From: Prorocentrum cordatum
Lineage: Eukaryota
Reading direction: 5' to 3'
NCBI GenBank assembly: GCA_963575745.1
Contig: CAUYUJ010000226.1
Span: 496,001-560,000 of the forward strand
Length of the DNA: 64,000 nucleotides
In this document: positions 24,620 through 36,148 of the stretch, piece after piece
Layout of the letters: the number at the start of each line of letters is the position of its first letter
Position numbering within the stretch: the first letter of the stretch is position 1
Translations under genes and position numbers: made by a program
The notes under the pieces: model-generated
The model's database searches: none
What the model was told of the DNA's origin: nothing
What the model saw: the letters and a program-made list of their open reading frames with translations, nothing else

Positions 24620-25540
24620 GGGAGGAGGAGGAGGAGGAGGAGGAGGAGGAGGAGGAGGAGGAGGAGGAGGAGGAGGAGGAGGGGGTAGAGTTCGCGACGT
24701 CCCAGGAGGAGGGGGTAGAGTAGTTGGCTTGTTGAACAGACTTTGTTGGGCAGTGTCAGGAGGAGGAGGAGGAGGAGGAGGAGGAGGGAGGAGGAGGAGA
24801 GGAGCGGAGGAGGGGAGAGGGAGTAGGAGGAGGAGGAGGAGGAGGAGGAGGAGGAGGAGGGGGGAGGAGGAGGAGGGGGAGGAGAGGAGAGGAGGTGGAG
24901 GAGGGGAGGAGGAGGAGGAGGAGGAGGAGGAGGAGGAGGAGGAGGAGGAGGAGGAGGAAGGAGGAAGGGGTAGAGTCGGCGACGTACAGGAGGAGGGGTA
25001 GAGTAGTGCCTGTTGAACAGACTTTTTTGGGCAGTGTCAGGAGGAGGAGGAGGAGGAGGAGGAGGAGGAGGAGGGAGGAGGAGGAGGAGAGGGAGGAGAG
25101 GAGGAGGAGGAGGAGAGGAGGAGCGGGAGGAGGGGGAGGACGAGTAGGAGGAGGAGGAGGAGGAGGATGGAGGGGGAGGAGGAGGAGGAGGGGGAGGAGG
25201 GGGAGGAGGAGGAGGAGGAGGAGAGGAGGAGAGGAGGTGGAGGGGAGGAGGAGGAGGAGGAGGAGGAGGAGGAGGAGGAGGAGAGGAGGAGTAGAGGAGG
25301 AGGAGGAGGAGGAGGAGGAGGAGGAGGAGGAGGAGGAGGAGGAGAGGAGGAGGAGGAGGAGGAGGAGGAGGAGGAGGCGAGGAGGGAGGAGGGGAGGAGG
25401 AGGGAGGAGGAGGAGGAGGAGGAGGGAGGAGGAGGAGGAGGAGGAGGGAGGGGGGAGGAGGAGGAGGAGGAGGAGCAGGAGGAGGAGGGGGAGGACGAGG
25501 AGGAGGAGGAGGAGCAGGAGGAGGAGGAGGAAGAGGAGGA
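24620..25540. repeat. (GGA)n array containing a duplicated unique spacer (GGGGTAGAGT...GTTGAACAGACTTT..TGGGCAGTGTCAG)
   Basis: Spacer at ~24681-24760 is repeated at ~24967-25040. Confidence 0.85.
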
Positions 25541-27445
25541 ATCCAGGCCCCAGGGCCATCAGAGAACAACCCGTGCTGAGGAGGTTTTTCCAGGGGAGGG
25601 GGCGAGAGTTCGGGAGCACACGGCGTGAAGCCACGACGTCGGAAGCTCATCGTCTGCAACCCATCGATTCTTCTTTGCCGCAGCGTTTCTGAAGTCTGAC
25701 CTGCAGGTCTACGTCGCGTTCGCGTGGCTGCGTAGGGTTCACATTTTGTTGCTCAGCCAGCTGTGCACCGACCCCCAGACCTGGCCGGGCCCATACCCAT
25801 GCCTGCTTTGGCCCCGAGGCCAGGAAGGTCTGCTCGCCCATCTGGGGCCGAGCCTTTCTGGGCTGGACAGGATCGGAGGCGACGATAGTGGCGAATAGCC
25901 CAGGGGAGGGCTTTACACGTCTTCGCCCGGAAGCCTCGTTGAAGGTACGGACCACTGGCGCCTTTGGATCCACGTATGGCTCTTCCTTGTCCATTCGCCC
26001 CCGTCGTCGCCACCCACAGGATTGGGGTTCGTGTGTGTGTAGGTGTGTGTGTGTGTGTGCGTGTGAGGTCGGCGTCCACTGTGATCGTGAGGTTCACGAC
26101 GAGAGAGGTGAACGAGATGGGTAGAGGGAGGGAGAGAAGGTTGAGGACGAGGATGCCGAGTCTGCGTTGGAAGGGGGAAGAAGGGGGGGTTGGAGGAGGA
26201 GGAGGAGGAGGAGGATGAGGAGGATGAGGAGGGAAAAGGGGGGAGGAGGAGGAGGAGGAGCAGGAGGAGAGGAAGGAGACCTCGAGGACATTCACGACAT
26301 CACGCCGCAGAGCAACGGAGGGCTGGCTACACAGGCTCCGAGGGGCGCATAGAGGGACCAGGCACCCCCCCGCCCACTGCAGCCACAGCGAGATCAGCAC
26401 CCCGGACCTCTACAGCGATTACTACAGGCCACCGCGGGGATCACAGCAGCCAATGGCAATGACACTTGGATCGTGAGCGGCAACCCACACGCATGGCGCG
26501 CAGAGCTCAGATAAGTGCAGCTCGCAGGGCCCGTTTCAATTTACGAGGATGTTGTAACCGGCGCAACAGACGACGGCGACATCATGGCGACTTGGACGAT
26601 CGGCGGCACGGTCAATATTGACATGGATCTCAGACCCCTCTTAAGGAGCCACGCCCATTGCGAGACCTACGAGGAACGCCGCGCCGTGGCAGCCGCCCGC
26701 AGAAGGTCAGGATCATGGGAACCTCCACGGGGATCCGTATGACCGACGACATACAACACCATCGGCGAGGAGTGCGGGACCGAAGAGGACAACAAGCCAA
26801 AGGAGCTCCGTGGGTCGCGCGGGCTCAATCGGGACTTCGAGCAAGACGAGCAGCTCAACCTCTCGGGCCTTGCACAAACATGCCTGGCTGTCACCGTACA
26901 GTGGGGGCGCGCATCAAGAAACCGTATACTTTTCGTCAGGGTATGCTGGGTTTCTTCGCTCCGCGCGCTGCGCGGCGACTTCCCGCCGCCGTTGAAGGAA
27001 TTGCTGCGTTCAGAGTGCTCCAGGTTTCCCCTCTGGTGCACTTCGCGCGCGGTTTTTCAGGGTTAGGTTTATTGCGAGGGTTTCTTGTGGCCACGCTCGC
27101 ACTGCATGTGTCCAGCCTGGAAGGCCGTCGACCCGAACGAGCGCAAGCCACCCACCTCCACCTGGTCCGGGGAGAGGAGGGCGCACGCCCTCTTTCCTCG
27201 GGACGACTGAGAAGTCGAGTCGGCCATTTCGGCCGTCCGAAGCTTCATTGCCAGCAGTGTGGGAATACTGCCATCATACTCGTAGCGATGCCTGCAGCAT
27301 CGACTCCACAATGATGGACAACTACCCAATGGCAGCCTAGGGGCCGATCGATTTCGCACCGGGGTATATACCGCCCGCTCGCACCGTTTCGCTGATCTAC
27401 GAGCCAGCCGCGCCGAAGAAAGAGCATCCGAACCTGGGTGGCGGG

Positions 27446-27680
27446 ATGCCATCACTTCCAGCGCATGCCATCGCAGTGCCTCGCCCATCGAGGGCTTACC
27501 CTGACAACAGCACCGCTCGGGTTTACTACCACAACCCACAGACCCGCGAGACAGCGTGGGAATACCCAGAGGACCGGACGCCGCGGTCGCCCTGGACAAG
27601 GCACCTGGTCAACGACAACAAGGAGACCTTCGGTGCATGAGCGAGACCACGGGCGACCTAGTCTTCAGCAAAGTGCCTCC
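27446..27680 (+). pseudogene. Decayed WW-domain-like coding fragment (ARVYYHNPQTRETAWEYP, then a second frameshifted W..H...F..ETTG motif) within a longer degenerate coding relic (~26270-29270)
   Basis: YY-x-N-x-x-T-x-x-T-x-W-x-x-P matches the C-terminal half of the WW consensus; surrounding frames are broken. Confidence 0.5.
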
Positions 27681-30177
27681 CTTGGGGTCGACGACGATGA
27701 ACCCGACCCACCAACGTTTGCCAGGACAACCGCCTGCGAAAGACAACGAGGGATGCATGCGACGCCACCGGAGGCAACACATATGTATATATATATATAT
27801 ATATATATATGCATCGATAAACCAACAAGTGCCACAACGGCAGTGCACGTCGCAGGGTCGTCATATTCGCCATCTACCAAATCAGCCAGTGGGACCCGCA
27901 ATCGCCCGTCGCCAACATGAGGCACGGACGCGAGCCGCCGCCGGCAACCCAAGTCGTCGCGGACATCGCGAATTTTTTTCACGGGCTACGTCGACATGGA
28001 AATGATATTGCAGAACCTATCGGACATTCAAGACGGAGCAGGCAAGCTACGCCCAGCTGGCAACCACCCAGGTCCCAGCAACGACGCCCTAGCATCGACG
28101 CCCCTCAGCCGACCGCCACCGGCCCGATTGCGATGCGCAGAGACAGCGGCTCGAGATCGTGCATAGACGGTAGCCCCATAGGCGGCAAGTGTAAGAGACG
28201 CATTAGCGCCGGCACCATGTGCCGCGACGGCAGCGTTGGATCGACGTCTCCGGCCAGTCCCCCCCTCCGCGCACCAGCGAGGCCCCCGCCGCCGACGGAC
28301 GGCGCGACCCGAAGGTGCATTACACAAGCGCGTTGGCGCCGTCTGTCAGGACACCTGAGGAAGCGCGCTACAATATCAAAGTGCAACAGACAGAGCCCAC
28401 CGACAAGCAGACAGCCGCCACAGACCGCGCGCGGCCGCCGAGGTACAGGAGGCGCCGCGCAAGTAATTCCCCTGAGGGCCCTCACACCGACAGCATCGCC
28501 GCCCAGCACGTCGCCAAAATCCACCACAGCATACGACGCGCACGCGGCCTCGCCGACCGCGCCGACGATGCGACTGCCACGGGCGCGGGCTCCGCGCGCG
28601 TCAGCGGCAGTAGTACTAGCGATAATGACCACCGCGACACCGAGGCCGCAGCGCCGTGGGCTGAAGTCGACGGCTACCTCCCCGCCAGCATGTTCTCCCA
28701 GACTGCGTTGGGCCACCCCCGCCCCGACGGCGACGCCCATCAGCTCCGCGCGGCGCGCCAGGACAGGACGCCGGTGGACAAATGCAAAAGCGCGTGCCTC
28801 ACCATCATGCAAGGCGACCGCATCCGCACCGCGTTGGTGGAGCTGCCGTCTAGTCCGCGTGCGTGGACCCCCACCGCCTACTGGGCCCGGGGCGGACATG
28901 CTTCGGGCGACGCCACCCGCCGCGCGAGCGAACGCGGCGAGGAATCAGCCACCACTACTCCAGACTGAGGGCGTCGACCCCGACCGCATTGTCGACGGCG
29001 GGGCGTGCATCTCCAGCGGCGCCGACGCCGTCGCCAGCCTGCGCCTCGCCATGGAGACCGAGGACCTGGTCGAGCACCGCCGCGTCGGGCTGGACATCGT
29101 GCGCCGCGCCATCTTCCGCGAGATGACGCCGCCGCGCCCCCCGAGAAGTGCCCGGCCACGCAGCGGACGCAGGATCGAACGAGCGCGCCCGCAACCATCG
29201 CCACGGACCTATCAAGCCGACGTCACGCGCAACCATGCCTCCACCTTTTCGCTGCCCCCCCAAGGATGAGCGGAAACGACCTCAGCACATAGCTTGGCAT
29301 TTACGACCCCGTGCCCAGCGCCGGGAGCAGGACCTGTGGCGCGGGCCACCCTCGCCGCGAGGGGCGCCATCGCAGCTCCCCGCCTTTCCCAGCATCCACC
29401 GCCACAACTACAGCCGCCCACTGCGTGGCGCAGCCCTCCTACATCTTTGCAGATTTTGCTCCAGCGATTGTGCGACCACCGCCCCGCTGGCTCCCGCTTT
29501 CTCCGCATCTTCCACCACTGCGCCGCGCCTCCACGGCGCGCCCATTGCCACCGCGGCAGCAGCAGCAGCAGCAGCAGCAGCAATTGCTGCCGCTCGACGC
29601 GGCGCCAGCAACTTCTCACCGTCGCGGCACACAGCAGCGCACTCCAACTCCAGCAACACGCCTACCTCCACAACTGCTATCGCCTGTCCTGCGGGCACAT
29701 CACGAGGCTCCACCTCGCGGCCCCCCTGGGCGCCAGCCTCACCCTTGCCGACTTCCTCTCGTGGAACTCCCGGGTCCACCCTGACCCGCCCCCCCTTCAC
29801 TTCGTCTTCTTGCAGCCCATACCTTCTGCAAGGTAACCTCCTCCACGTCGCCCCGCCGCCAGCCGTTCGCGGGGCAGGGATGGGCGGGGGGCGCAATCAG
29901 CTCAGGGGCTGGGGGGGCTGCGTCTTGCTCGGGCGACCCCCCCTCCTCACTTGCCTCCTTGCGCCCCCGCCTCTCGCGCTCGCTCTCGCTCCGCCGTGCC
30001 ATTCGCAGGGCGCCCGACCTTGTTCACCAGCGTTCCCTCCACGCCTCCCCCCCGCGCGCAGCCCGCTCCTGCTGCGCCGCGCCGTTTCGCACCTGCGCGC
30101 CACCTTCCTCGCCCCCGGACGAGGCTGGTTGGATCGGGGGCGGGGACTTTTACCCGGGAGAGGCTCAGGATAGGGAA

Positions 30178-30221
30178 CGCACGCACACACACCAACGCCC
30201 ACACACACATACACGACCGCG

Positions 30222-30252
<31 letters not shown>

Positions 30253-30273
30253 AAACACACACACACACACACA

Positions 30274-30305
<32 letters not shown>

Positions 30306-30420
30306 CACACACACATACACATACGCACGCACGCACGCACACACACACACACATGTGGAAGTGGGGGGAAGACGGACAGCATGAACATATGCAAACATAC
30401 GGGGGGTTGTTGTGTGTGTG

Positions 30421-30474
<54 letters not shown>

Positions 30475-30520
30475 CGTGCGTGTGTGTGGGTGGGTGGGTG
30501 GGTGGGTGGGTGGGTGTGTG

Positions 30521-30568
<48 letters not shown>

Positions 30569-30580
30569 TGTGTGTGTGTG
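30178..30580. repeat. Inverted pair of (CA)n/(CGCA)n and (TG)n/(TGCG)n microsatellites
   Basis: Directly visible. Confidence 0.9.
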
Positions 30581-30651
30581 TAATTATTTTCGTGTGTCCC
30601 TGGCCCCCTTCATAAAGGCGAGCCGAGCTGGGCCCCCACCCCTTTCCGCAG

Positions 30652-30716
30652 GGACTGTGGGTCCCACGCTCGGGCCACACCTGGCACGAGCACCGCGCCG
30701 CCGCGAGCGCGCACAG
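30652..30716 (+). CDS. Candidate host micro-exon ([22 protein letters not shown]; frame ambiguous), GC donor
   Basis: CCTTTCCGCAG|G acceptor, CAG|GC donor. Confidence 0.5.
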
Positions 30717-30750
30717 GCGCCGGCAGCCTTCCGCGGGTGCATCAGCATCA

Positions 30751-31430
30751 GCTTGGCATCTGCGTGTCCGTCCCCTTCTCTTCCTCTCGTGCCTCCTTGG
30801 TTGTTCGTACCCTCCCCCCCCTCAGGCGGTCCCCTTCTTCGTGTGCGCGTCCCTCTTCTGCTTGGCATCTGCGTGTCCATCCCCTTCTCTTCCTCTCGTG
30901 CCTCCTTGGTTGCTCGTACCCCCCCCCTCAGGCGGTCCCCTTCTTCGTGTGCGCGTCCCTCCTCTGCTTGGCATCTGCGTGTCCGTCCCCTTCTCTTCCT
31001 CTCGTGCCTCTCGGCTGTTCTTACACCCCCCCCTCTGGCGGCCTTCTTCTCCGTCTGCGCATCCCTCCTCTGCTTGGCATCTGCGTGTCCGTCCCCTTCT
31101 CTTCCTCTCGTGTCTCCTGGTTGTTCTTGCCCTTTTATCCGTCTGCGCGTCCCTCCTCTGCTCGGCATCTGCGTGTCCGTCCCCTTGTCTTTCTCTCGTG
31201 CCTGGTGGCTCTTGTTGCCCTCCCCCCCCCCCCGCGGTCCCCTTCTCCGTCTGCGCGCCCCTCCTCTGCTTGGCCTCTGCGTGTCCATCCCCTTCTCTTC
31301 CTCTCGTGCCTCCTTGGTTGCTCGTGCCCTCCTCCCCCCTGGCGGTCTTCTTCTCCGTCTGCGCGTCACTCCTCTGCTTGGCCTCTGCGTGCCCGTCCCC
31401 TGCTCTTCCTCTCGTGCCCTCCCCCCCCTC
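30751..31430. repeat. Tandem minisatellite, ~107-bp unit, about 6.5 copies (GCTTGGCATCTGCGTGTCCGTCCCCTTCTCTTCCTCTCGTG...)
   Basis: Unit starts near 30751, 30860, 30966, 31072, 31160, 31267, 31376. Confidence 0.9.
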
Positions 31431-32682
31431 TCGCGGTGGCCTGGCGCGGGGGTCGAGGTCCCCAGCTCTTCGTGAGCAGAATTGGTCCGGATCACCGCAT
31501 CACAGAGAGGGAGGAGGAGGAGGAGGAGGAGGAGGAGGAGGAGGAGGAGGAGGAATAGGAGGAGGAATAAGAGGAGGAACAGGAGGAGGAGGAGGAGGAA
31601 GAGGAGGAGCAGGAAGGGCACAGGAGGAGCACGCAGAGGACGAAGTCGACAACGAAGACGACATCGAGGAAGGAGAGCGGGGGGAGTACAGGGGGAGAGG
31701 GAGGGGGAGGGACGTGCAGAGGGGGAGGATTGAAGGGGTTTGATTTCTCCGTGGTGCGATGGCGTGTTTCTTGCAGGGGTTCTCGTGTCGCCTTCGATCA
31801 TTAGACAAGTGGAGGTAGAGAATGTGTAAACATATCATTGGGAACTGGAGCAGGCACAGGTTGCAGGAAAGCTTAGCCCACGCAGACTGCTGTGGCCCAC
31901 CAGTGTGGCTGGCGGACTTAGAGTCATCGTAGGTAAGGAGATGGTCCTCTTCCTCCTCCTCCTCCTCCTCCTCCTCCTCCTCCTCCTCCTCCTCCCCCCT
32001 CCTCATCCTCCTCCTCCTCCTCCTCGTCCTCCTCTGACTGATTATCTAAACTTCTCCTTGGCACCCCTTCTCCCCTCCCCCTCCTAGCCTCTTCCACCCC
32101 CCCCCCTCCCTCTGTCTCCTCCCCCCCTTTCGTCCCCCCCCCCCTCTGCCAGCCATTGTCCGCCCCCCCCAGGAGGCGGGCCGTCTCACGGAGGACATCA
32201 AGAGGCGCGATCTGCACCGCGCCTCCGCGCTGTCCGCGGGGGGCCCCCGCTGACGTCACCGCGCATCGGCAGCGGGGGCGAGGAGATTGGTGGGGAAGGG
32301 AAGCTGACGAGGAGAGGAGGCCGGGGGTTCTGCCACCCACCGGGGCCAGGGGCGCGGGCGGCCCAGGCCAGATCAAGAGAGAGCAGCAGAAAAAGGCTCC
32401 CAAAAGATCTCAACATAGCCAACAAAGTATTTTAAAAAATCGTCCCCACGCAATTGTTCTATTATTTTTGATCCTGTAGAGGGACAGGCCCGACTCAAGC
32501 CTGCCGCCCAGGGCCCCTGCTCCGTCCACGGGCGCCCATCCGACGAGGTGCCCTCGGAGGAGCGTTTCTGTTCCGCCGCCCGGGTTCCATCCCCAGGCGG
32601 GGGCCCACCGACAGGACACCACCCCTCAATCAGCTCGCCTCGGGGTCGGGGTCCTCCCTGCGAGGCGGGACCGCCGCCCGAG

Positions 32683-32769
32683 GGTCCGGCTCTCGCTGGA
32701 CCTCTGCCTACGCCTTCGAGCGGTGCTTCGGCCTGGCCGCGCACAACCCCGACGCCCGCGACAAGCGAG
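32683..32769 (+). CDS. Candidate host micro-exon (87 nt, open in all three frames), GT donor
   Basis: CCCGAG|G acceptor, GAG|GT donor; symmetric length; VRLSLDLCLRLRAV... frame chains with neighbours. Confidence 0.5.
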
Positions 32770-33692
32770 GTGGCCGAGCTCGGTGCGTACAGGGCAGCAC
32801 TTGCTGCAGGACTGCCTGTGGCAAAGGAGGCCCTCCCTGGCCTGCAGCCCCAGGGCGCCGGGACCAGGCAGCACGGGGGAGTACTGCGCGCGGGGAACAC
32901 CGAGCGAAACGAGTCCCAGGCAAGGCGGGGAGGCCTGCTCGTTGGAAGCGCTTTCTGGCCGCGCGTGCGGCCAATGCCGGCATGTCGCAGGGCCTGGCGC
33001 ACAGCGGCGCAAGGCGCCGCTGTCCAGGTGTCGGCGTACAGTGCCAGCACGCAGCTCAGAACAATGCATCCAGTCGGGAGCCATCCTGGCCCGCCAGCAC
33101 GTCATGGTCCCAAACTCTCCAAGGGTGTTCTGAGAGGCTTTCCTCAATGCCACACTGCCCTCCAGCCGACCCACGCGGGGTGAGGAGGAGGAGGAGGAGG
33201 AGGAGGAGGAGGAGGAGGAGTATTAGGAGGAGGAGGAGAAGGAGGAGGACGAAGAGAGGAGGAGGAGGGAATGAGGGAGGGGATGAGGAGGAGGAATAGG
33301 GCAGGGCAGGAACGTCGGAGGAATGCGCAGGAGGAGGATGGGGAGAGGGACGAGGAAGAGTGGGAGTAGGAAGAGGAGGAAGAGAAGGAGTCGATTGGGG
33401 GGGGCGGATTATAAAGTAGAGGGCGGCGGAAGAGAAGGAGGAATAGGAAGAGGAGGATGAGGAGGAATTGGAGGAGGAGGAGGAGGAATTGGAGGAGGAG
33501 GAGGAGGAGGAGGAGGACAGGAGGCTGACGAGGGGAGGAGGCAGGAGGAGGAGGAAGCGTTGGAGGAGGTGGGTGAGCAGCACATGAAGGGAAGCAAGGC
33601 GGGCTCGACCGGACGGAAGCTGCCCCTGGGCGGGTGGTAGACTGAGGGCCCCCGGCGGTGCTCCTCGGCGTTTGGGGGCGGGGCGGCCTGCA

Positions 33693-33936
33693 TTAAGTCG
33701 GGCGTGTCCCTCTACATGGGGAATATTCAGAAATAGTCAGAACATATGGGATTTTTATGGGATTTTTGCAATGAGGGGTTTTTAGGGGATTTTTAGTTGT
33801 TTTTTTAGAAATAGTCAGAAAATAGGCGTGTCCCTCTACATTAGGGATTTTTTTTAAAAACAATGTTTGACAATTTTTGATGGTTTTACAAAAAAATCAC
33901 CCAAAATCCCACTGTAGGGGGGCAGGCCCGACCTGG
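33693..33936. mobile_element. hAT-like MITE family C (TIR TTAAGTCGGGCsTGTCCCTCTACA, 8-bp TSD), AT-rich interior
   Basis: TIRs at both ends; TSD GGCCTGCA/GGCTTGCG; further copies 58005-58165 and 59371-59534; one-ended remnants ending ~19788 and ~32498. Confidence 0.75.
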
Positions 33937-35980
33937 GGCTTGCGTCGAATCAGGAAAGAACACATGATTTCTTGCATCCGCGCCTGCAGGCCCCCCCGGC
34001 GGCGCCTCCGGCGCCAGGATGCGGCCCGCGGGGCGTTGCCAGAGGCGCCGCCGGGGGGGCCTGCAGGCGCGGCTGCAAGAAATCCGCGGGGAGCGCTAAA
34101 AGTTTATGTTTATGTGGTTCTAGGCTTGCAGTCTCCCCTGAGGACATCTTCTTCTGATGCTTCTTAGTGACGTCTTGAGGGCCACCTTGGGCTATCTGGA
34201 GCGACCTTGGAGTAGGGATCGTTCGCCGATCGGGCGTGCTGGCCGCTCCCCGCCCCGCCCCCCGTGCAGACCCAGGGGGCTGGGGGAGATGAGACCCCTC
34301 CTCCCTCCTCTCCTCCTCCTCCCTCCTCCTCCTCCCCCTCCTCCTCCCCCTCCTCCCCCCCCTCCCCCCTCCTCCCCCTCCTCCTCCTCCCCCTTCCTCC
34401 CCCCCCTCCTCCCCCCCCTCCTCCTTCCCCTCCTCCTCCCTCCTCCTCCTCCTCCTCCTCCTCCTCCCCGAAGGAGCAGAGGGGGGTCGGAAGAGGAAGC
34501 TCGCCAGACCACCTCGGCCCGCAGGGGTGGTGGGATTGATGATCGCGGGTGCGCACCTCACATCGTGCGTCGTGCTGAACCCCCCCCCCGCCGCTACGAC
34601 TGCACACGCACGTCACACCTCGTGCGCACATCACACATTCGCTGCCGGCAGGGATGGTGCAGGTGCCGACATGCTGCCCGACGGTGGTTGTGACGGTCAT
34701 TGGCGCGGACCCGGCCCGTGCGCGTCGTGCACGTGGCTCATGCAGCGCGCCTGGCATGCCCGGAGCACGCGGCACAATTGGCGCACATGGCGTATTTGGC
34801 GTAGCAGGTGGGCTCGCGCACCCCACCCGTGTGCGCGTGGCGCTCTTGGCACGCGTGGCTCTCCAGGCACACGTATTGCCTCCCAGTTGTTGTCCTTCGG
34901 ATGGCGGCCTCTGGCTGAGTCGGTAACCGTATCCGCTCCCACACTCGCCTCTATATCCTGGCCTCCTGAAGGATGACAAAGCCGATCTGTGCCCTTTGGG
35001 GTAAGAAATGCCTTGGACACGATTTCGAGCTTCATTGCGACACCTTTTGGTATGGTATCGACACATCCGGCCCCGAACCCCGAACTTGTAACGGAATAGT
35101 CAGGTGGAATCACGGCGGTGAAGAATTCTTGCACGGTGATTGTTGGGCCCTGATTTTGCGATGCAGGACATCATGTTCCGAACCCCAGATGGATCACCGC
35201 TGCGATGGAAACAATTGCGGCAATGCACATGGTGGATGTGTTGAAGGTCTGATCGTTCTGGTGAGTTCCGCTGCATTCATTCCGCAGGGGCAGGGCGACA
35301 GGGAGGGTGGAAGAGGTCGAGTAGAAGACGAGGACGACGAGAAGAAGGAGGAGGAAGACAGCCCCCGGCTGCACAATGCACCGGCGGCTATTATAGTTGT
35401 GCGGGCGAACTCGGGGGCAACGATGGGCGGGGGTAGGCATATGGGGGGGTGCATCGGCCCCCAATCGCCCATTGATCGCCGATAGGGGCCCGATAGCCCC
35501 AACCTGCCCCGGAAGGTGCGGATTCACTGTCGGAGGCCTATCGCCGACCTATCGGCGAGGCATCGCCGGTTCCAGGTCGATGCATACCCCCCCTGTGCCA
35601 GTCCCCCCCCCCCCCCCTACCGTTGCCCCGCACGGACAGGCGCCAATGTGGACTCCTGTCCGAGGCCCGAAAACCATCACTTCACTAATTTTGGGCCCCA
35701 GGGCCCACTGAGGCCCCAGGGGCCCCAGATTAGTGAAGTGATGTTTTTTCCCACGTAAGGACTCCGAAATTCATCACTTCCCTAAACCGAGCCCAGGACG
35801 AAAGTCAGGGGCCGAATTGCTGCTGTGAAGCCACATCGGCCTCGTATCCGCTGCGCGTGCCGTGCCGATGCCGCAGCGTCGCCGTGCAAACCCACGACGT
35901 CGCGGCTCTGCCCCGTGTCCCTGATGACGCGCCCGCTGCCCGAGGGATGGCAACGACTGCGCCTCAGGCTCATGAAGGTA

Positions 35981-36144
35981 CACCTCAGGCGATGCTCAAG
36001 AAAACCTAAGTTTTCGTCCAGAGTCTCGATTATTCTTAACTTTCCAATGTAAATCCCAAGATTTTGATAGAAGTTCTGGGTTTTATTCAAGTTCTGAGAC
36101 TATGAATTTCTTAATCCATGATTTCTTAAGCATTTCGCAGGGTG
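35981..36144 (+). mobile_element. MITE family A copy 1 (TA TSD; TIR CACC.......ATGCTTAAGAAA), inserted in the 5' part of the LINE ORF; candidate introner
   Basis: TA|CACC...TTTCTTAAGCATTTCGCAGGGTG|TA; removal restores frame from ATG 35947 into the 36149 ORF. Confidence 0.85.
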
Positions 36145-36148
36145 TATA

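Noticed and set aside
26930..26960. CTGACGA on the - strand as a hammerhead ribozyme core
   Set aside because: No matching stem II/GAAA arrangement could be built
27056..27072. Telomere-like TTCAGGGTTAGGTTTA
   Set aside because: Only about two imperfect units; compatible with chance
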